The notes under the pieces were generated by a model. The model did no database searches. It was not told the DNA's origin and worked only from the letters and a program-made list of their open reading frames with translations. A program made the position numbers and the translations under genes. A stretch of DNA of 64,000 nucleotides from Octopus vulgaris (lineage: Eukaryota): NCBI GenBank assembly GCA_951406725.2, contig OX597829.1:50158001-50222000 (forward strand), written 5' to 3'. Shown in pieces: positions 38,371 to 50,545 of the stretch (within the stretch, counting starts at the first letter, position 1; every line of letters starts with the position of its first letter).

Positions 38371-38401
<31 letters not shown>

Positions 38402-40050
38402 CTGCATTAAATGAAGTAACAGTGACAAATGAAAATTCTGTAAGTGATAATAATAATTATAAGCTTAAAGCTCATAAGTGTTCACCACGTATTGGCTAAA
38501 GAAAATAGTTTAACATTGGGGCCTTGACAGAAAAAAATGGGTATTAGTATTTATGGTTTGATTCCCATGCATACTAATACCCACTCTTTTCCGTTGAGAG
38601 CTTATATGCCCCAGTATTAGACTATTTTCTTTAGTCATTACATGGCAAACGCTTATAAGCTTTAGGTTTATAATTATCATTATTATAAATATATGTCATC
38701 ATCATCATTGCCATCATCATCGTTGTTTAACGTCCGCTTTCCATGCTGGTATGGGTTGGGTGGTTTGACTGAGGACTGGCGAGCCTGGAGGCTGCACCAG
38801 GCTCCAATCTGTTCTGGCAAGGTTCCTACAGCTGGGTGCCCTTCCTAATGCCAACTACTCTAAGAGTGTACTGGCACTGGCACTGACCATCTTTGAATGG
38901 TGCTTTTTACATGCCACTAGGATGGGAGCCAGTCAGGTGGCACTGGCAACAACTACACTTGAATGGTGCTTTTTATGTTGTTACCACCATGAGACCAGTC
39001 AGGCGGCACTGGCATCGGCCATGCTCATATGGTGGTTTTTATGTGCCACTGGCACAGAAGTCAGTCCGGTGGCACTGGCATCAATCATGATCGAATGGTG
39101 CTTTTCACGTGCCACCAGCATGGGTGTCAGTCAGGCGATACTGGTATCGGCCATGACAATGATTTCACTTGAGTCAACAAGTCTTCTCAAGCCAATGATT
39201 GAAGGATACTCTTAAATAGGCCGGTTATGTGACACTGGTATAGGCCACAGCTACATCTCACTTGGCTTGCCGGGTCTTCTCAAGCACAGCATATCTCCAA
39301 AGGTTTCGGTCTCTAGTCATTGCCTCCATGTGGCCCAACATTTGAAGATCATGCTTAACCACCTCATTCCAGGTCTTCCTGGGTCTACCTCTTCCACAAG
39401 TTCCCTCCCCTTTTTCAGACAGCTGTACTCATCCATATGTAACACATGTCCAAACCAGCACAATCGTCTCTTGTACACCTCCTCTGATGCTTCTTATGTC
39501 CAATTTTTCTCTCAGGAAACTTACATTCTGTCATGTCATATATCAAGTGATATATATATATGAAGAATTATTAATAAGGCATCTAAGCAAAATACTTTGT
39601 CAACTCTCAGCTAATACAATTATGTCAATACACCAGGTTGACAAAAGTTTTCAGATTGGCATAGAACTCTAGGTAATCCTTAGGCAAAATCTGAAGTTGA
39701 AGTCCATCATCAGTCAATTTTGCAAATCCCAGGTTGCATTACCCAATTATGGTATCTTTTCAGAGAATGATATATAAGAAAACACATAAATAATGGGCTT
39801 TACACATTTATTTATCTATGCATCATGTTGCTGATGCATTTAGGTGTGTTCATACTTCAGCTGACTGAAAAAAGTGAATGAGCTTAACAAATACTATCAT
39901 CATCAGAGTCTGTGCAATAACCACAACTGGGAATGTACCTAAAATTTATATCAGAAACAGCTGTAAGTCTATCATGCACACATAAATAAATCCGTGAAGA
40001 CCATTACTTACGCCTTTTCTTGTAGTACACACACAGAGACACACACAAAT

Positions 40051-40079
<29 letters not shown>

Positions 40080-40081
<2 letters not shown>

Positions 40082-41245
40082 GGATCTTGCAGATAAATTG
40101 AGATCAATTTTAAGCAGTTGACTTCCTGAGTTTAACATTCCATTTTGTAACAAAACCTTGCTTGCTTGAAAATCTAATCCTCCTCTTTATTCTTCAGGTA
40201 AATAGTGAACTGATTCAACAACAGAATCATTCTGGCATTGTTGTTTTGGCCCATGCTGAGCACACTGCCAATAGAATTAAGTTGAAACTTCCTAAAGCAA
40301 CAGTTTATTGTGTGTATGAACAATTTAAAGAAGTGGGAAAGATTGATAGAAAAGAACACAAGACTCAAAGTGATTCCAAATGCAATCCAAAGTTTCTCAC
40401 TGGCCTCTGATTGAAGCCAATCCATCCACATCCATGACAACTCTTGCAAAGGAATGTAATGTGTCCCTTTCCATGGTGTCCAGAGCTGTGAACAGAAACC
40501 TTATCGTGAGTAGCTATGTTCGATGATGCTTGCACCTCCTAACAGCCAAGGCCAAAGCAATCAGAGCCGAGAAATGCCCAAATCTTCTGTCATCATCAAG
40601 CACCAAGGTGCAGGAAAAACTTGAGAAGTTTACTGTGGATGCTGAGGTGAATCACAGAAATTCTTGAATGACTGCATACAACTCTGCATACAACTGTGTT
40701 TGAGACTAAGAATCCTGCCTCTATCATGGTATTTGGAACTATTGGGGGTGATGGAAGTATCATGGATTCACACTTCATTCAGTCTGGCTTCAAGATCAGC
40801 ACAAAATAGTATCTGGACATCCTGAAGAACTCTCTGTTACTTTGGATTGAACAGAAGTTTGGGCTAGACAATGTGGTGCTCATCCAGGATTCTGCACCAT
40901 GCCAGGTCTTCCTGAGTGAGAAGGTGTCATTTTTTGTGAGAGCCAACATCTGGCCCAGTAATAGCCTAGATCTCAACCTTCTTGGTAACTTTTTATGGGA
41001 CATACTTCAAGCAAGGACCAATACTTCACCATACTCGTGTGTCAACAGTTTGAAGACCTACATCATGCTTGTGACATGCAAAATCAAAAAGACATACGGT
41101 TGCAACACCTGCAAAATAATTTCATTCTCGAGTGGAGGTAGCAATTGCCCAAAAGGGTGACCTTATTGAGTGATAAATGTTTTTGTTGTAACAAATGTTA
41201 CATTAAATTTATATCCTGTCTACTACCATTATTTGCAAGACCTTG
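40080..41245 (+). mobile_element. Degraded Tc1/mariner-superfamily element, maT(DD37D)-like; related fragment at 22585-22940
   Basis: TA-flanked TIRs CAGGATCTTGCAGATAA / TTATTTGCAAGACCTTG. Transposase motifs 'QDSAPC' and 'WPSNSLDLNLL' with stops and frameshifts. Confidence 0.8.
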
Positions 41246-41677
41246 TATATATAAACTACAATACTTATGTGAAAATTACTTGTTTTCGTACAGTATTTTA
41301 ATTTCAAAAACTAAAATAAATAATTAAATGCGGAGGTTGGACTTCTACATGCAGCTAAGTACTATTGTGCAAGAAATGAGATCTAATTCATTACCAACTG
41401 ATAATAATGACTGTCAATCCCAGAAAGGGCATATTCGCAAACGAGCACGGCCATCTTGAATAAATTACTGCATTTTTCAATGCATTGGCTTAATGTGTAT
41501 TAAGACATACATCATGTCATTGTTGTTTGACAGTATAAGAGATGACCTGGTGTCAAGCAACCAGGAGGTCATCTCATACTGAGAAGTGTGATGAAAATCG
41601 TTCCAGCAATGTCCATTCTGTGTATCGCTGCCCCCACACCCCTTCAGATATTGTGTATCTAGAATAGCATTTTTAAA

Positions 41678-41745
41678 TACTCTCTTGTACTCTTGTACTC
41701 GTTTCAGTCATTTGACTGTGGCCATGCTGGAGCACCGCCTTTATT
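41678..41745 (-). mobile_element. SINE family A 3' tail fused to the U2 copy
   Basis: TAAAGGCGGTGCTCCAGCATGGCCACAGTCAAATGACTGAAAC followed by GAGTACAA repeats. Confidence 0.9.
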
Positions 41746-41768
41746 CTTTATATCTCCCGGGTGGGAGA

Positions 41769-41955
41769 TGGGCTGAATCCTGGAAGCACTGCAATACCAG
41801 GCGAACCCGTGGCAAAGGCGGAGCAAGCCCCTAACACTTCGCCTCGTTCTAAAAATCAGTTTAATATCGATGGCCCCAAATAGGGACCGTATCAGATATT
41901 AAGCTGATAAGAGCAGATACTACACTTTGATCTTAACCAAAAGGCCGAGAAGCGT
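41769..41955 (-). ncRNA. U2: Full-length U2 snRNA copy, probably a retroposed pseudogene
   Basis: CGCTTCTCGGCCTTTTGGTTAAGATCAAAGTGTAGTATCTGCTCTTATCAG..., Sm-like ATTTTT, SL3 GCTTGCTCC, SL4 loop ATTGCAGT; 187 nt. Confidence 0.95.
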
Positions 41956-42932
41956 GTACATTTTCTTTTAATAAATGATAGGATATAGTTTGAGAGAGAT
42001 TTGGTTGTTATTTCTAACAGGTAGATCTTTCATGTAGAGACTTTAACAGTCATTATGTTGTTCCCTCATCATCATCATAATTTAATGTCCATTTTCCATG
42101 CTGGCATGGGTTGGACAGTTTGACAAGAGCTGGCAAGCTGGAAAGCTACACCAGGTTCCAGTTACCTCTTTTGGCATGATTTCTATGGCTGGATGGCCTT
42201 CCTAAAGCCAACCATCTTACGGAGTGAACGGAGCACTTTTTATGTGGCACCAGCACCAGTGCTTTTTATTTGGCATCAGCACAGGTACTTTCTACATGGC
42301 ACCAGTACAGGTGCTTTTTACATGGCGCCATCATAGGTGCTCTTTATGTGGTATCAGCACCAGTGGGGGTCACCAAGTAGCTTGCGAGAAAAAGGTTTCT
42401 CGGCTGAGAAGGGGAGTGGAACCAAAAGAAATGACTGCGTGCCAGGCAAGAGGTTTATACCAAAATCAATTTACTGTTGAGTGTTCGTGGATGCATCACT
42501 GTAAAATTCTTCACTTACCAATTATTAAACAAATAAATATTCAGTTATGCAAATACCATCTGACTAACAAACAAATACAAATACAAATACAAAAATACAT
42601 TTGTATCTAAATCAAATGCCCTGCAACTTGTATGCCATGGCACACTGGTGTGCCACAAGACGACGCTAGATGTGCTGTAGTGTAACCTGAATATAATTTT
42701 TTTCCCTATACTTTTAGTTATGTTTTTAGTTCAGATGTGTTACCAAATTTTGAACAGAATATAAGTGTACGACAAGTGAAAAAAGGTTGCGGATCACTGA
42801 TCTAAATCAATAAAAATTGAAATGAAAAAAGAAACACCAAAAAATATCAACAGAGACAAAATAATATTACAAAATGTAAAATTTTTTTTAAAAAATCAAT
42901 AAATAGTTATATCTTTGAAGAATTAAACTCAC

Positions 42933-43179
42933 CTTCAATGTTTTCTTTGCATTTTTGCTATCAACTTTATCAAAGTATTCAAATATCTGCCTATACAGTG
43001 TGTTCTTGCGAATCTTGTCGTCATCAGGAGGCAAATAGTTCCGAACTGGTGGACCGATGTCTTCATATAATAACTGTATGATACGCAAGGCTACTCGGCG
43101 TACGTCTTCGGAACTATGATGGAGACAAGCAACGGTGCAGAAGTTCATAATATCTACAACAGCCATTCCTGGTGCATTA
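42933..43179 (-). CDS. CEP104: CEP104 exon, end of TOG domain (NAPGMAVVDIMNFC...HSSEDVRRVALRII...YLPPDDDKIRKNTLYRQIFEYFDKVD...LK)
   Basis: 247 nt, ctttcag acceptor, gtgag donor, phase 2/0. Strong similarity to the recalled CEP104 motif 'HRVYEVRETAVRII...YLPPDDSNTRRNILYKTIFEGFAKID'. Confidence 0.92.
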
Positions 43180-43317
43180 CTGAAAGATTTCAACATCAAA
43201 ACGGAGATAAAATATCCTGTGTGTAAAAATTATTAAAAATTGTATTTATCAATTATGGAAATGTATTAAAAATTTAAAAAAATTTTTTTTTAATTTAAAA
43301 AAAAAATAATAATAATG

Positions 43318-43349
<32 letters not shown>

Positions 43350-43368
43350 TATTATTATTATTATAATA

Positions 43369-43423
<55 letters not shown>

Positions 43424-43615
43424 TAAGCATTGTCGCTGTGAGAACTATTACTACCCATGTAGTAATAGTTTTTTAACTTAAAAAAAAAAAAATGAACGAA
43501 CTATTGAGTTTAGTTTAATGGCCTACCAATATATACTATGAGTTTCTTTGCCCTAGGAGTCGGGAAGACACTCGGCAAGAAATGGAAGCAAATTTGAAAG
43601 AAGATAATAATAATG

Positions 43616-43694
<79 letters not shown>

Positions 43695-44939
43695 TAATAA
43701 TAAATGATGACATGGAATCACATACAGCATATTTTACAGCAAGACAACTGCAGAAGTTCTTAACAAAAGAGCAATCTGCAGAAGACCCATATTATATAGC
43801 CTGGTGGCCCCTAAGGAATACAGAACACTTAGGAGTGTTGTTCAAGCCATGTACAAAGGTGAGATGATTAACTGAGTGCTAGGTGGAAAATTTTATCTTT
43901 TAATTTTTATCTTTTACTTGTTTCAGTCATTAGACTGTGGCCATGCTGGGGCACCACCTTGAAGAGTTTCTTTTAGTCAAACAAATAGATCCCAGTACTT
44001 ACTTTTTTTGTTTTTGTATAAACCTGGTGCTTATTGTATTAGAATCTTTTGCTGAACCGCTAGGTTACAGGGACGTTAATGCACCAACACCTGTTGTCAA
44101 GTGGGGTAGGGGGAAGACAAACACAGACACACACACTCGTGTATATCTACTACTTATGTGGAAATCTGTGGGTGTGTTTGTTTGTGGCATCGTTATCTAA
44201 CTCTTCCTACATCATTTTATCAATTTTGATGAAACTTGACACATGAGTAGAACCCATGTCTGGAAAAACTAGTGACATACTTAGATTGTTGAAAAAAATC
44301 GATAGAAGGGGCCCCTGCAAGGGATTTTTATATCTACTACATATAACTAATATATTATTTTTAAATATCAAAGGGAAATAACTCATTAATGTTCGTAAAT
44401 TATTTCATATAAATCAAATTCAGTATGCTTATTTCTTATTTGAACTATTTGTGTTATTTTCACAATTTATCAAGTACAACACTTAAAGTAGTAAATAGTA
44501 TTTTCCTAAACAATAGATCCACTTATTTCAGTTAGTTACTTATTCACAAATATACCAACACTAGTGCCACTGAGGGTAATATTCTCTGCAAATACACAAA
44601 AACTTTTTTCAAAGTTATTAACTTTGAATTGTTATTATCTCATATCTGATTAGCCTGTTATTATGTAACATACTTCACGATTTTAGTATACATACATTAT
44701 TAGTATTTCCTCCTACATTCTATATACTCTGGGAATGTACTAAAGCCCTTTTTGGGGCTATTTTATTTGAATTCTTACTATTGGGTAATTAATTTCATGT
44801 TATTACATAAGTGACTTCACAATTTGGGTGTTCATAACTTATTGGGAATTCCTAAAAACAAGATCCTTTGTAAGACAGTTTGGTATTCTCAATAAATGAA
44901 CAACAACCGTTTTAAGGGCAACATACTTTGTTTATTTAT

Positions 44940-47900
44940 CGACAATGCCGTCCCCAGTCAAATTCCCTCACACCGCTTATTGTCACGTGTCCCTTGACCT
45001 CTCTCTCTAACTAACCCTATCTCTCTCTCGCTATGTCCCCCCTTCCCATAACCATCATCGCCATGGTCCTCTATGCCCCCCCTCCCCAAAACCATCATCG
45101 CCATACATAAAAGAGCGATCACATTTATCGTTAACCCCACTCGCTTCAAAATATCTAAAGAATACGCACAGATCATGAATGGCTAAAAGTTAAGTGAATC
45201 GTCCAACCTCGCTACGACTACCTTCTTTCTTGCACTTATCCTTATTCTTTCTCTATTCTTCAATTTCCATCTCATTGTATTGTCCCTCATTCTTTCAGTA
45301 TTCCCTCATTACCCTGTCTAGCTCAAACATTTTTTTCGTTTAGACTTGTCTCCAGGTTCATAGCCACTCTGATTTTTCAATTTTTCGTTTAGTATTGTCT
45401 CCCGATTCATACAAACCCATTTGCTAGCTCACGATTAACAGAACCTCTTTACTCAGCTACGGTGCACCCGCCCTCCCACCCCCACCACGCATGCCGGAAG
45501 TTCCTATTCTCTTCCATTCTGGGGTTGCTTCCCATGAAGACTGCAAATGCTCTCACCATCCCTACCCCTCCCTACCCCTAGTCTCGACCTATGTAAGGTA
45601 ATGTTCATACAGTGCAAAATATGAAAGGCTAGCGTTATGCAGGCTGTACTGAAGGCTACTTTACTACTTCATTTCTTGCACATGAATTCTGCCAAATGCG
45701 AGCTTTCTTTTCAGGTACACGAAGCTACTGTCCACCGTCCCAGGGTCTCTAGAGCCCATGCCTTCCACACCCTCAGGGTTGGCACCCTCAACGTTGGCAC
45801 TCTGAAAGGTAGGTCTGGTGAGATAGTCGAGATGCTTGAACGGAGATGTGTGGATATATGTTGCATGCAAGAAATAAGGTGGAGAGGAGGATCAGCTAGG
45901 TTCCTCACAGGCAAGGAACGCAGGTACAAGATTTTCTGGGCAGGGAACACTGACGGGGTTGGTGGCGTGGGTATACTTATTGCTGAGAAATGGGTAGATA
46001 AAGTAATTGAGGTAATCAGAGTAAGTGACAGAATACTTAAGATTAGATTAGTGCTTCATCATAGTTTAGCAACCATTATATCAGCCTATGCTCCTCAGTC
46101 GGGGCTACCCGATGGACAGAAAGACCGATTCTATGACACTCTACTGCAGACTACCTCGTTGACGAACGACAGAGACCTTATCTTTGTGGCTGGTGACTTC
46201 AATGGTCACGTTGGACGACATGCTGGAGGCTATGGCTATGGCTCCCGCAACGAGGAGGGAACCAGGCTGCTGGAGTTCTGCGATGCAAATAATCTTATGG
46301 TTTGCAACACTAACTTCAGGAAACCTACCAGCCACCTAGTCACTTACCAATCGGGCCAACATACCAGCCAAATTGACTACATCCTTACAAGGCAAAGGGA
46401 GAGATGGCTGCTTATAAATGCCAAAACCTTCCCAGGTGAAGAATGTACCCCACAACATAGACTGGTAGTTAGTGACTTTAGGATCAGGACTAGGAGGACA
46501 ACCAGAAGACGACAAATATGGAGAAGAAGGATCTGGAAGCTTAAAGATCCTGCAAATGGACAGAGATTTAGGGACATATTACTTGAAGCCTCTGACGAAG
46601 TAGAAGGGGATAGAGCATCACAGGGGGTAGAAGACAGCTGGACGTTTCTAAGGGACAACCTGCTGAGAGCCACTGACCAGATCTGTGGCTGGTGCAAAGT
46701 CCCCTCTCGACCTAGAATAACGTGGTGGTGGAACAATATTGTAGACAGGGCTATTAGAGAAAAGAGACAGGCTTGGAAGGTCTGGAAAAATGGGGGTAGC
46801 AGGGAATTGTATCAGACTGCCAAAAGAGAAGCTAGGAGACAGGTTTATTTAGCCAGAGGGGAAGCAGATAAGAAAAAATTTGCCAATGTTCTGCGCCGTG
46901 AGGACCAAAGACTGGAGGTGTTTCGTGTTGCAAGACAGTGTGTGAGAGAGAATCGTGATGTGGTAGGAGAGAAGTGTGTTCGCATGGAAGATGGTTCACT
47001 TGCGCTAAATGAGGATGCAAAGAGAGAGGTTTGGAGATGCCACTATGAAAGGTTGCTGAATGAAGAAAATGAATGGGATAAAGAGAGTCTGCCGAATGTT
47101 GACCCAACAGAGGGACCAGCTATCCGAGTTGATAGTTCTGTGGTAGCTAAGGCAATTAGAAGCATGAAGACAGGGAAAGCCCCAGGCCCATCAGGAATCA
47201 CTGCAGAGATGCTCAAAATATCTGGTAGTGTCGGCTATAGCCTAGTCACCCATATAGTTAATCAGGTGATACACAAAGGGGTCATACCCAATGACTGGTG
47301 TAGCAGTATAATAGTCAACTGCTACAAAGGTAAAGGTGATGCCCTAGATACAAATAACTACAGAGGTATCAAGCTGTTGGACCAGGTGATGAAGGTTACG
47401 GAGAGCGTCATAGCCCAACTAATTAGAGAGAGTTAGTTTAGATGAGATGCAGTTTGGGTTTGTGCCAGGGAAAAGTACTACTGATGCTATATTCCTGGTA
47501 AGGCAGCTGCAGGAGAAATACCTAGCCAAAGATAAGCCCCTGTACCTGGCTTTTGTTGACATGGAGAAAGCCTTCGACAGGGTCCCCCGATCCCTTATCT
47601 GGTGGGCAATGAGAAAACTAGGGATAGATGAATGGTTAGTGAGAGTTGTGCGGGCCATGTATAGGGACGCCGCTAGTAGGGTGAGGGTTGGAAATGAGTA
47701 CAGTGAAGAATTCCGGGTAGAGGTAGGGGTCCACCAAGGCTCAGTACTCAGCCCCCTCCTATTTATCATAGTCCTCCAGGCAATAACGGAGGAATTCAAG
47801 ACAGGATGCCCTTGGGAGCTCCTCTATGCTGATGACCTTGCTCTAATTGCTGAGTCGCTATCAGAACTGGAGGAGAAGTTTCAGGTGTGGAAACAAGGAT

Positions 47901-49280
47901 TAGAATCGAAGGGCCTCAGAGTCAATCTAGCTAAAACCAAAGTCGTAATCAGTAGGAAGGTAGACAAATCACAAACACCTTCAGGTAGATGGCCCTGCTC
48001 GATCTGTAGAAAAGGTGTAGGTAGAAACTCTATAAGATGCACCAAGTGTAAGCTATGGACACATAAGAGATGCAGCAATGTCAAAGGAAGGCTAACTAGG
48101 AAGATGGTTTTTGTATGTGGCAGATGCTCAGGAACAATAAACACTGAAAATGCTCTGAGACCAACTTCCGTCACTTTCCAGGGAGAAAAACTAGAAATAG
48201 TTGATAGTTTCCGTTACCTAGGTGACCAAGTCAGCAGCGGGGGCGGGTGTGCTGAAAGTGTAACTGCTAGAGTAAGAATAGCTTGGGCAAAGTTCAGAGA
48301 GCTCTTACCTCTGCTGGTGACAAAAGGCCTCTCGCACAGAGTGAAAGGCAGACTGTATGATGCGTGTGTACGAACAGCCATGCTACATGGCAGTGAAACA
48401 TGGGCCGTGACTGCTGAGGATATGCGTAAGCTCGCTAGAAATGAAGCCAGTATGCTCCGATGGATGTGTAATGCCGGTACTCACACTCGGCAGAGTGTAA
48501 GTACCTTGAGAGAAAAGCTGGACCTAAGAAGCATCAGTTGTGGTGTGCAAGAGAGACGTTTGCGCTGGTATGGTCATGTGGCGAGAATGGATGAAGATAG
48601 TTGTGTGAAAAAGTGCCACACCCTAGCGGTTGAGGGAACCTGTGGAAGAGGCAGACCCAGGAAAACCTGGGACGAGGTGGTGAAGCACGACCTTCGAACT
48701 TTAGGTCTCACTGAGGAAATGACTAGAGACCGAGACCTCTGGAAGTGTGCTGTGTGCGAGAAGACCCAGCAGGACAAGTGAGTCCATAACCCGTGGCCTT
48801 CTACATTGGATGGAGCCAGCCTATGTATGCATACCTTCCCTTCTTGGGACACAAAACTCTACTTGTGAAGACCTGTTGAGGCAAGTGAGGATCAGAATCG
48901 AAATCGATCAATGGAAATTGCGGATGTGCTACCAGTGCCAGTGGCATGTAAGAGAACTTTCCGTTTCGCCACCGTTGCCAGCACCGCCCCGTTTCGTGTC
49001 CGTTGCCAGCCTCGCCTGGCCCTCGTGCCGGTGGCACATAAAAAGCACCATCCGTTCATGGCCGTTTGCCAGCTCTGTCTGGCACCTGTGCGGGTGGCAC
49101 GTAAAAAGCACCCACTACACTCACGGAGTGGTTGGCGTTAGGAAGGGCATCCAGCCGTAGAAACACTGCCAGATTTGACTGGGCCTGATGAAGCCTTCTG
49201 GCTTCACAGACCCCAGTAGAACCGTCCAACCCATGCTAGCATGGAAAACGGACGCTAAATGATGATGATGATGATGATGA
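44940..49280 (+). mobile_element. Near full-length RTE-clade LINE (5' boundary approximate)
   Basis: Single EN-RT ORF, 3' UTR and (GAT)n tail. No clear TSD found. Confidence 0.9.
45637..48781 (+). pseudogene. RTE ORF: APE endonuclease plus reverse transcriptase with internal PHD finger; one frameshift at about 47425
   Basis: EN motifs TLNVGTL, QEIRW, SAYAPQ, GDFNGHVG, IDYIL, QHRLV. RT motifs KAPGPSG, YRGIKLL, QFGF, DMEKAFD, GVHQGSVLSP, YADD, FRYLG. The two ORFs join if one AG is restored in AGAGAGAG. Confidence 0.92.
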
Positions 49281-50166
49281 TTAGTAAAACAATTATGAGA
49301 ACAGAACCAAGGGATAAGCCCTGATTTCCCGGGAAATACCAGGTACATCAGCTAGTAAATATATATGTTTACTAGCTGATGTACAGGCTTCTTTCAGTTT
49401 CTGTTGACTAAATCTACTCACAAGGCTTTGGTTGGGCCAAGGTCATACTAGAAGGCATTTGCCCAAGGTTTCACACAGTGGGACTGAACCCAGAACCATA
49501 TGGCTGAGAAGCAAACTTCTTATCTCACAACCATACCTGAATGAATCAAATCTACGCACATATACATTAATGACCAAAACTTATATTTTATCCCCTCATT
49601 GTGCCACTACCACCACCACCACCCATCCTCAGGCTTTACACTAATCACTATACTCTGAATCACTTCCTCTCCAAAACATCACCATTCTGCTCTCTTTTTT
49701 TGTAAAGTTCAAGAGGAAAACATCAGACTCACTGGTGTAGGAAGATTTGCAAAGATCAGAGGCATTGCCTTTTCCTCAAGACTCAGCAAGAATAAAAAGA
49801 ATAATGGTGATTTGAAATAAGGTGATATACTTTACTGGCCATTGAGGATGTGGCATAAAAGCTGCCCAATGTGGACCTTCCCCAAAACTTGGAACTCCTG
49901 GAAATGGACCACCATTTACATCAATCCTTTCATCAGCTACCATCATTTACAACCTAACTTTAAAGCTTGATCAAGAGATCTCTGTCTATCTACCTTGTCA
50001 GCCAACCTACCTACATACTTCCCTCTCTCTCTATATATATATATATATATATTACTCTACTCTTTACTCTTTTACTTGTTTCAGTATATACATATATACA
50101 TGCACTAGCACTATGACCCGGCAACAATGGGTCTTTAATGCTAGTATATATATATATATATATATA

Positions 50167-50545
50167 CTAGCAGTATCGCCCGGCATTGCTCGGGTTTGTT
50201 TCGACCTTTTAGAATTGAAATTTTTGAAAAGTAAAAATTTTGCATTATGTAGCTTGTTATTCTCTTTAAGTGAACATTTTTCTGGTTGAAATACACCGAA
50301 AAATGGCGACACAGCAGTAAAAAAATAGGGATTTTCATAGAAAAAAAAAGCACCTTTTTGATGTAAATAATTTTTGGTGTTAACATGGTCTGATTTGAAT
50401 TTTTTCATCTATGGAAGGAAGAGCAAGCCTTCTTCTATCATACTCTCAATTTTTGGTCAACTTGCACCGCAGGGTCTCGGAGGAGATAGTGTTAGTTGAA
50501 GGCTACCAAACCTGCCATACACAGACAACTTCAGCTTTATATAGA
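50167..50545 (-). mobile_element. Non-autonomous Helitron
   Basis: Minus-strand 3' end CCCGAGCAATGCCGGGCGATACTGCTAG|T (hairpin plus CTAG). 5' end TCTATATAAAGCTGAAGTTGTCTG. Confidence 0.75.

Larger units (their letters stand above)
44146..49355 (+). mobile_element. Non-autonomous Helitron hosting the RTE LINE, itself inside a split SINE A (43910-44135 and 49385-49537)
   Basis: A|TCTACTAC 5' end. CCCGGGAAATACCAGG degenerate hairpin then CTAG|T at the 3' end. The SINE halves resume on either side. Confidence 0.65.

Noticed and set aside
41355-41380. CTAAGTACTA match to the 5' end of miR-252
   Set aside because: Only 10 nt match and there is no complementary arm for a precursor.
41769-41955. 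Functional U2 gene, or a Keno/Utopia insertion into U2
   Set aside because: U2 is uninterrupted, is fused to a SINE tail, lies in an old repeat and has substitutions at conserved positions; a retrocopy fits better.
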